A stretch of 32,463 nucleotides of DNA from Microcoleaceae cyanobacterium (GTDB lineage: Bacteria; Cyanobacteriota; Cyanobacteriia; Cyanobacteriales; Microcoleaceae), in NCBI GenBank assembly GCA_050331715.1, contig JBHJGO010000003.1, positions 1 through 32,463 of the forward strand, in the 5' to 3' direction. The translations under genes and the position numbers were made by a program. The notes beneath the pieces are model-generated. The model was not told the origin of the DNA and did no database searches. It was given only the letters and a program-made list of their open reading frames with translations. Below, one piece after another: positions 29,152 to 32,463 of the stretch (its first letter is position 1; the number at the start of each line of letters is the position of its first letter).

Positions 29152-30567
29152 TTAGCGCTCTGGGTTAATATTTACGCCAGAACTCAGTTGAGGGGGGACT
29201 TTTCCGTTGGTTTCGGAGCAGGAGCCAGTCAGATGAATTCCCAGGGTTTGATCCACGTTTTGCAGGAATTGACGGAAGATTTCGGGATAGGCATTCACCA
29301 AGTTGGCGATTGATTTGCCATCGCCGTTATCGATCACATTCACCTGTTTCAGATCTACGCGACCGGGAATCTTTGCCGCTTCTTGCAGAATCATTTCAAT
29401 TTGTTGTAAGTAGAATAGCTCCGCTGCATCTTTTCCCGTTTCCTGCCAAACCGCCGATAATAAATCGTTGACTTGAGCAGTCGCACGGGCATTTTCCAGG
29501 ACGGGAGCCGCTTCTCCCTTGGCATTCAATTCTTGCGCTTGCCGCTGGGCCTCTGCGGGTAGCACTTGATCAACTTCCAGCCGTAGGCGTTCTAGCTCAG
29601 CCCGAATCGTCTGTAACTGCTGTTCCGCACGGGCGCGGGCTTCTTTCGCAGCGGCAATGGTACGTTCTTCCTCGGAGCGAGCCTGCTGTTCGAGTTCAGC
29701 TTGAATCTTGCGGAGTTCGTTTTGCTTCTGCTGAACGGTGGTTTGGGCCTGAGTTTTTACTACTTCTGCTTCCCGTTTGCAGTCGGCTTCCGTTTGTTCG
29801 GCTTCGGCCACTGCATTGGATTCGGCCACTTCAGCATCGCGGGCAATCATGGCAATCTGACGCCGACCGATGGAACTAAGGTAATCCACATCGTCAGAAA
29901 CACTCTGAATTTTCAACGTATCCAATTGCAGTCCTAGTTTCGACAGATCGCGGGAAACGTCTTCGGCAATCCGCTCTGCAAATTGCAAGCGATCCTCATT
30001 CAACTGTTCCGGTGTCAGGGTACTAACCACACCCCGCAGATTACCTTCAAGGGTTTCACGGGCAACCCGCACAATCTCAGAGCGATCGCGATCCAGGAAA
30101 CGCTCAATTGCATTGCCAACAATCGTGGGGTCATTAGAAATTTTGACATTGGCGATCGCCTGAATATTCAGGGGCGTTCCACCCCTGGAATAGGCGTTGG
30201 TGACTTCCACGGGAACTGGCATCGTGGTCAAATCCATGGTTTTCACCGTTTCCAAAATTGGAATACACAGGGTACGTCCCCCAAAAATCACCCGATAGCC
30301 CAACTCGTGGCCATCTTTGTTCTTGCGCTTACGACCGGAGAGGATCAGCACTTCATTGGGCTTACAAATTTGCAGAAAGCTATTGATGAACCAAATGATT
30401 GCAATCACCCCGAACACTGACAGGGCAATGGGAAGAGCGGTGAGAACTTCCCCCCGTAGATTATTGTTGCTATTATTCTGAGCCACCAACTGGGAATCTG
30501 GAGTCGTCTGCACCACTTCGACAGTGACCACATCGCCCTCTAAGGAAGAAACTAACTGATTATTCAT
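29152..30567 (-). CDS. Flotillin-like SPFH/band-7 membrane protein (YqiK/FloT-like), intact
   Basis: N-terminal TM helix (LTALPIALSVFGVIAIIWFINSF), SPFH domain, then a long Ala/Glu/Gln/Arg-rich coiled coil. 471 aa. Immediately downstream of the NfeD-like gene. Confidence 0.8.
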   Translation of the reverse strand: MNNQLVSSLEGDVVTVEVVQTTPDSQLVAQNNSNNNLRGEVLTALPIALSVFGVIAIIWFINSFLQICKPNEVLILSGRKRKNKDGHELGYRVIFGGRTLCIPILETVKTMDLTTMPVPVEVTNAYSRGGTPLNIQAIANVKISNDPTIVGNAIERFLDRDRSEIVRVARETLEGNLRGVVSTLTPEQLNEDRLQFAERIAEDVSRDLSKLGLQLDTLKIQSVSDDVDYLSSIGRRQIAMIARDAEVAESNAVAEAEQTEADCKREAEVVKTQAQTTVQQKQNELRKIQAELEQQARSEEERTIAAAKEARARAEQQLQTIRAELERLRLEVDQVLPAEAQRQAQELNAKGEAAPVLENARATAQVNDLLSAVWQETGKDAAELFYLQQIEMILQEAAKIPGRVDLKQVNVIDNGDGKSIANLVNAYPEIFRQFLQNVDQTLGIHLTGSCSETNGKVPPQLSSGVNINPER

Positions 30568-30690
30568 GATATTTATCTCAATTGAGTTTTAACGAGAAAT
30601 GGCATCACTTGCAAGAAACAATCTTTTAAACTAAGTGCATTTCTAAATTTCTAAAACTTGCCCCATTCCTGATCAGGGCTGCGATGGGAA

Positions 30691-30738
30691 ATTATGCAAG
30701 GGATTATGCAAAAAATTATGCAAAAAACTATGCAACGG
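30691..30738. repeat. Four tandem 12-mers (ATTATGCAAGGG / ATTATGCAAAAA / ATTATGCAAAAA / ACTATGCAACGG) in the nfeD-flotillin intergenic region
   Basis: Read directly. On the coding (minus) strand this places a TTGCATA core every 12 nt, ~125 nt upstream of the flotillin start. Confidence 0.65.
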
Positions 30739-30760
30739 GAGTTGCGCGTACTGCCACAAC

Positions 30761-31363
30761 TTAATCGTCAGTTTTTCCAAAGGCAAGCTCAGAAACTACC
30801 CAAACTCGATTGTTCTCTACACCAACCACATAGACTGGAGACCCCGCTGCAAAGGCTGTCTTTTCCTCCGTCATCGCTGAAAAGTCAACCCAGGTTCCCT
30901 TGACCCGGAGCCGTACTTTGCCTCTGCTCTCGGTATCAAAGGGAATTTCTACCACTCCTTGCAATCCGAGCAAGTCCTGGGAACGAACCAGGCTATCAGC
31001 CTGTTGATGTTGCAGCGCTCGAAAAACCCACACCATCGCTGTACCGCAAATCAAACCTACCAACGCAGCAAGCATTAAGACTTGTCTGGCCGACAAGTCA
31101 GCCCCCAGGACAGACAAAAGAATACCTGCCAATCCAAAAAAACAACTCCCAAATGTCCAAAATCGCAGGTTGAAAAACGGTACGCCCAGCGTCTTGATCC
31201 AGGAAGAGCGTCGCTTAGTTTGATTCATCGAATTTGATGAGTCCACCAACTCCACATCTGGATCAAAATCCAGTTCAAAGTCAGCTCCATCTAGTCCCGC
31301 GATCGCAGCTAGCCCAACAAATACCCCTCCCACGATTAGACAAAATAGGTAAAGCGTAAACAT
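30761..31363 (-). CDS. NfeD-like membrane protein (short YuaF/YqiJ type), flotillin partner
   Basis: Two N-terminal TM segments, an acidic linker, further TM helices, and a C-terminal beta-rich OB-fold-like region (GKVRLRVKGTWVDFSAMTEE...PVYVVGVENNRVWVV). NfeD is classically encoded immediately upstream of flotillin/stomatin genes. Confidence 0.65.
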   Translation of the reverse strand: MFTLYLFCLIVGGVFVGLAAIAGLDGADFELDFDPDVELVDSSNSMNQTKRRSSWIKTLGVPFFNLRFWTFGSCFFGLAGILLSVLGADLSARQVLMLAALVGLICGTAMVWVFRALQHQQADSLVRSQDLLGLQGVVEIPFDTESRGKVRLRVKGTWVDFSAMTEEKTAFAAGSPVYVVGVENNRVWVVSELAFGKTDD

Positions 31364-31562
31364 AGCATTGATAGATTCCTAAATCATGATCGGGTCTCTG
31401 GTCAGTCATTGTACCTGATGTGAATAGTTTTCTTGCAAAGACTTCCTGCGGAGGTGATTGAACAGTATCAACATCGGATACCATCTATTCTGGCAAATCC
31501 CTCTCCGGATCTGGCAGGAACTTATCAAAATTTGACATACTCACCGTCCTGAAGGAGCGGTA

Positions 31563-32332
31563 ATTCTCATTGATTATAGGTTGCTAACGAGACTACTTAA
31601 TTGCTCTGGTTTCCCATCACAATCAGTGGCAGGACTCTCCCCTGTCGTTCCCTCTTCCGAGGCAGTTTCCCCATGCCCTAGGGTACTGTCAATGTTCCAC
31701 TCATGGCCTAAGGTATTCATCCCTCGCTGCAAGATATTCATTGCTGCGGCTGTATCCCTACAAGTCTCAAACTTGCAATTCGGACATGAATGAGTTCTGG
31801 TACTGAGAGACTTCCTCTCTCTATGTCCACAATTGGGGCAATCTTAACTTGTGAAGCGTGGGTCTACAGCTATCACCGTCTTATCCCAAATCTGTCCATA
31901 GTAGTTGAGCCATTGAGTAAATTGATACCAACCAGCATCAGATATAGATTTAGCTAGGTTATGGTTCCTAACCATGTTCGCCACCTTCAGGTCTTCATAG
32001 ACAATCACATCGTTAGAGTGAACTACGCACCGAGCGGTCTTTACTGCCCAGTCTTTACGCTGTCTTTGTACCTTGAGGTGGGCTTTGCCCAGTCTCTCTC
32101 TGGCATCGTGGTAGTTTTTTGATTGGGGCTTTTTGCCCTTCACAAACTTTTTAGATAGTCGTCGCTGTAGTTTTTTGATTCGCTGTTCTGCTTTTCTCAG
32201 ATATTGAGGATAGACAATAGCATTGTCGTTCTGGTCTTTGTAGAAGTACTTCAAACCAAGATCTAAGCCCACTATCTGCCCGGTATAGCGGATTTCAGAA
32301 TTATGAAGTACATTTAGTAATAAAAAAAACAA
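31563..32332 (-). mobile_element. tnpB: IS200/IS605-family TnpB (OrfB) remnant: C-terminal half only, with an in-frame TAA in the zinc-finger region
   Basis: The ORF 31844-32332 matches the TnpB RuvC-like core (GLDLGLKYF ... IVYEDLKVANM ... LAKSISDAGWYQF ... VDPRFTS). Translation continues in the same frame past a TAA at 31844-31846 (where a Gln is expected) into DCPNCGHRERKSLSTRTHSCPNCKFETCRDTAAAMNILQRGMNTLGH..., which is the TnpB zinc finger and C-terminus. It ends near 31563. The N-terminal ~200 aa are missing. Confidence 0.6.
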
Positions 32333-32342
32333 CGGTAGAGCA

Positions 32343-32463
32343 ATGAAATCCTACTCCCTTGACTTCCGTCAAAAAGTGATTGAAACCTACGAAAATGAAC
32401 CCATCTCACAGCGCCAACTCGCTCAACGATTTCGGGTTGCTCCGAGTTTCGTCACCAAACTTC
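32343..32463 (+). mobile_element. IS630-family (ISY100-like) transposase gene, 5' end, truncated by the window edge. The element appears inserted into the TnpB gene
   Basis: MKSYSLDFRQKVIETYENEPISQRQLAQRFRVAPSFVTKL matches the characteristic N-terminal HTH of cyanobacterial IS630/Tc1 transposases. TnpB homology on the opposite strand stops at ~32305. Confidence 0.6.

Noticed and set aside
28869-31846. Stop-codon reassignment (TAA read as sense) to explain the in-frame TAAs in the flotillin paralog and tnpB
   Set aside because: All confidently identified genes in the window terminate at ordinary TAA, TAG or TGA codons and contain no internal stops. The affected loci are a duplicated gene and an IS remnant, where decay is expected.
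1-32463. tRNA / rRNA / tmRNA / RNase P genes
   Set aside because: No T-loop-like GGTTCGAnTCC context, no acceptor-stem symmetry and no rRNA-like conserved blocks were seen. The intergenic spaces are short except at 23985-24809, which lacks tRNA features.

Overview
This 32.5 kb window looks like cyanobacterial chromosome. The HIP1 octamer GCGATCGC recurs at least 10 times (e.g. 7236-7243, 13772-13779, 14037-14044), and the gene content and local synteny are typical: asd-dapA-rnj, tig-clpP-clpX, pds, trpC, lpdA, gatA. Most of the window is ordinary housekeeping DNA, but three accessory patches stand out. (1) A minus-strand NfeD - flotillin - flotillin operon at 27801-31363. By my reading, the distal flotillin copy keeps colinear, same-frame homology to its intact neighbour over its first ~75 codons, yet that stretch is interrupted by three in-frame nonsense codons (TAG, TAA, TAA), one of them inside an A12 homopolymer. 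Only a 353-aa anchor-less SPFH ORF is left open. An array of four tandem 12-mers (ATTATGCAAAAA-like) sits between nfeD and the intact flotillin gene. (2) A small island at 15.2-17.9 kb holds three unrecognisable ORFs and a di-iron ferritin-like protein, bounded by a truncated IS630-family transposase N-terminal fragment and a tandem 17-mer repeat. (3) At the right edge, an IS200/IS605 TnpB remnant lacks its N-terminal half, carries an in-frame TAA within its zinc-finger region, and is cut by the start of an ISY100-like IS630-family transposase gene that runs off the window. Other notable items are an 825-bp non-coding gap upstream of an orphan Zn-ribbon SAM methyltransferase containing two diverged 36-nt direct repeats, each centred on a 14-bp palindrome; a photolyase/cryptochrome-family gene with an NLS-like poly-basic C-terminal tail; a PEP-CTERM secreted protein; an ankyrin-repeat protein; and a trigger factor with unusually long acidic extensions. 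I found no tRNA, rRNA or CRISPR array, and no compact self-contained candidate novel system (defence, toxin-antitoxin, retron or similar). All coordinates and motif calls were made by eye from the sequence without alignment tools, so starts and family assignments are provisional.
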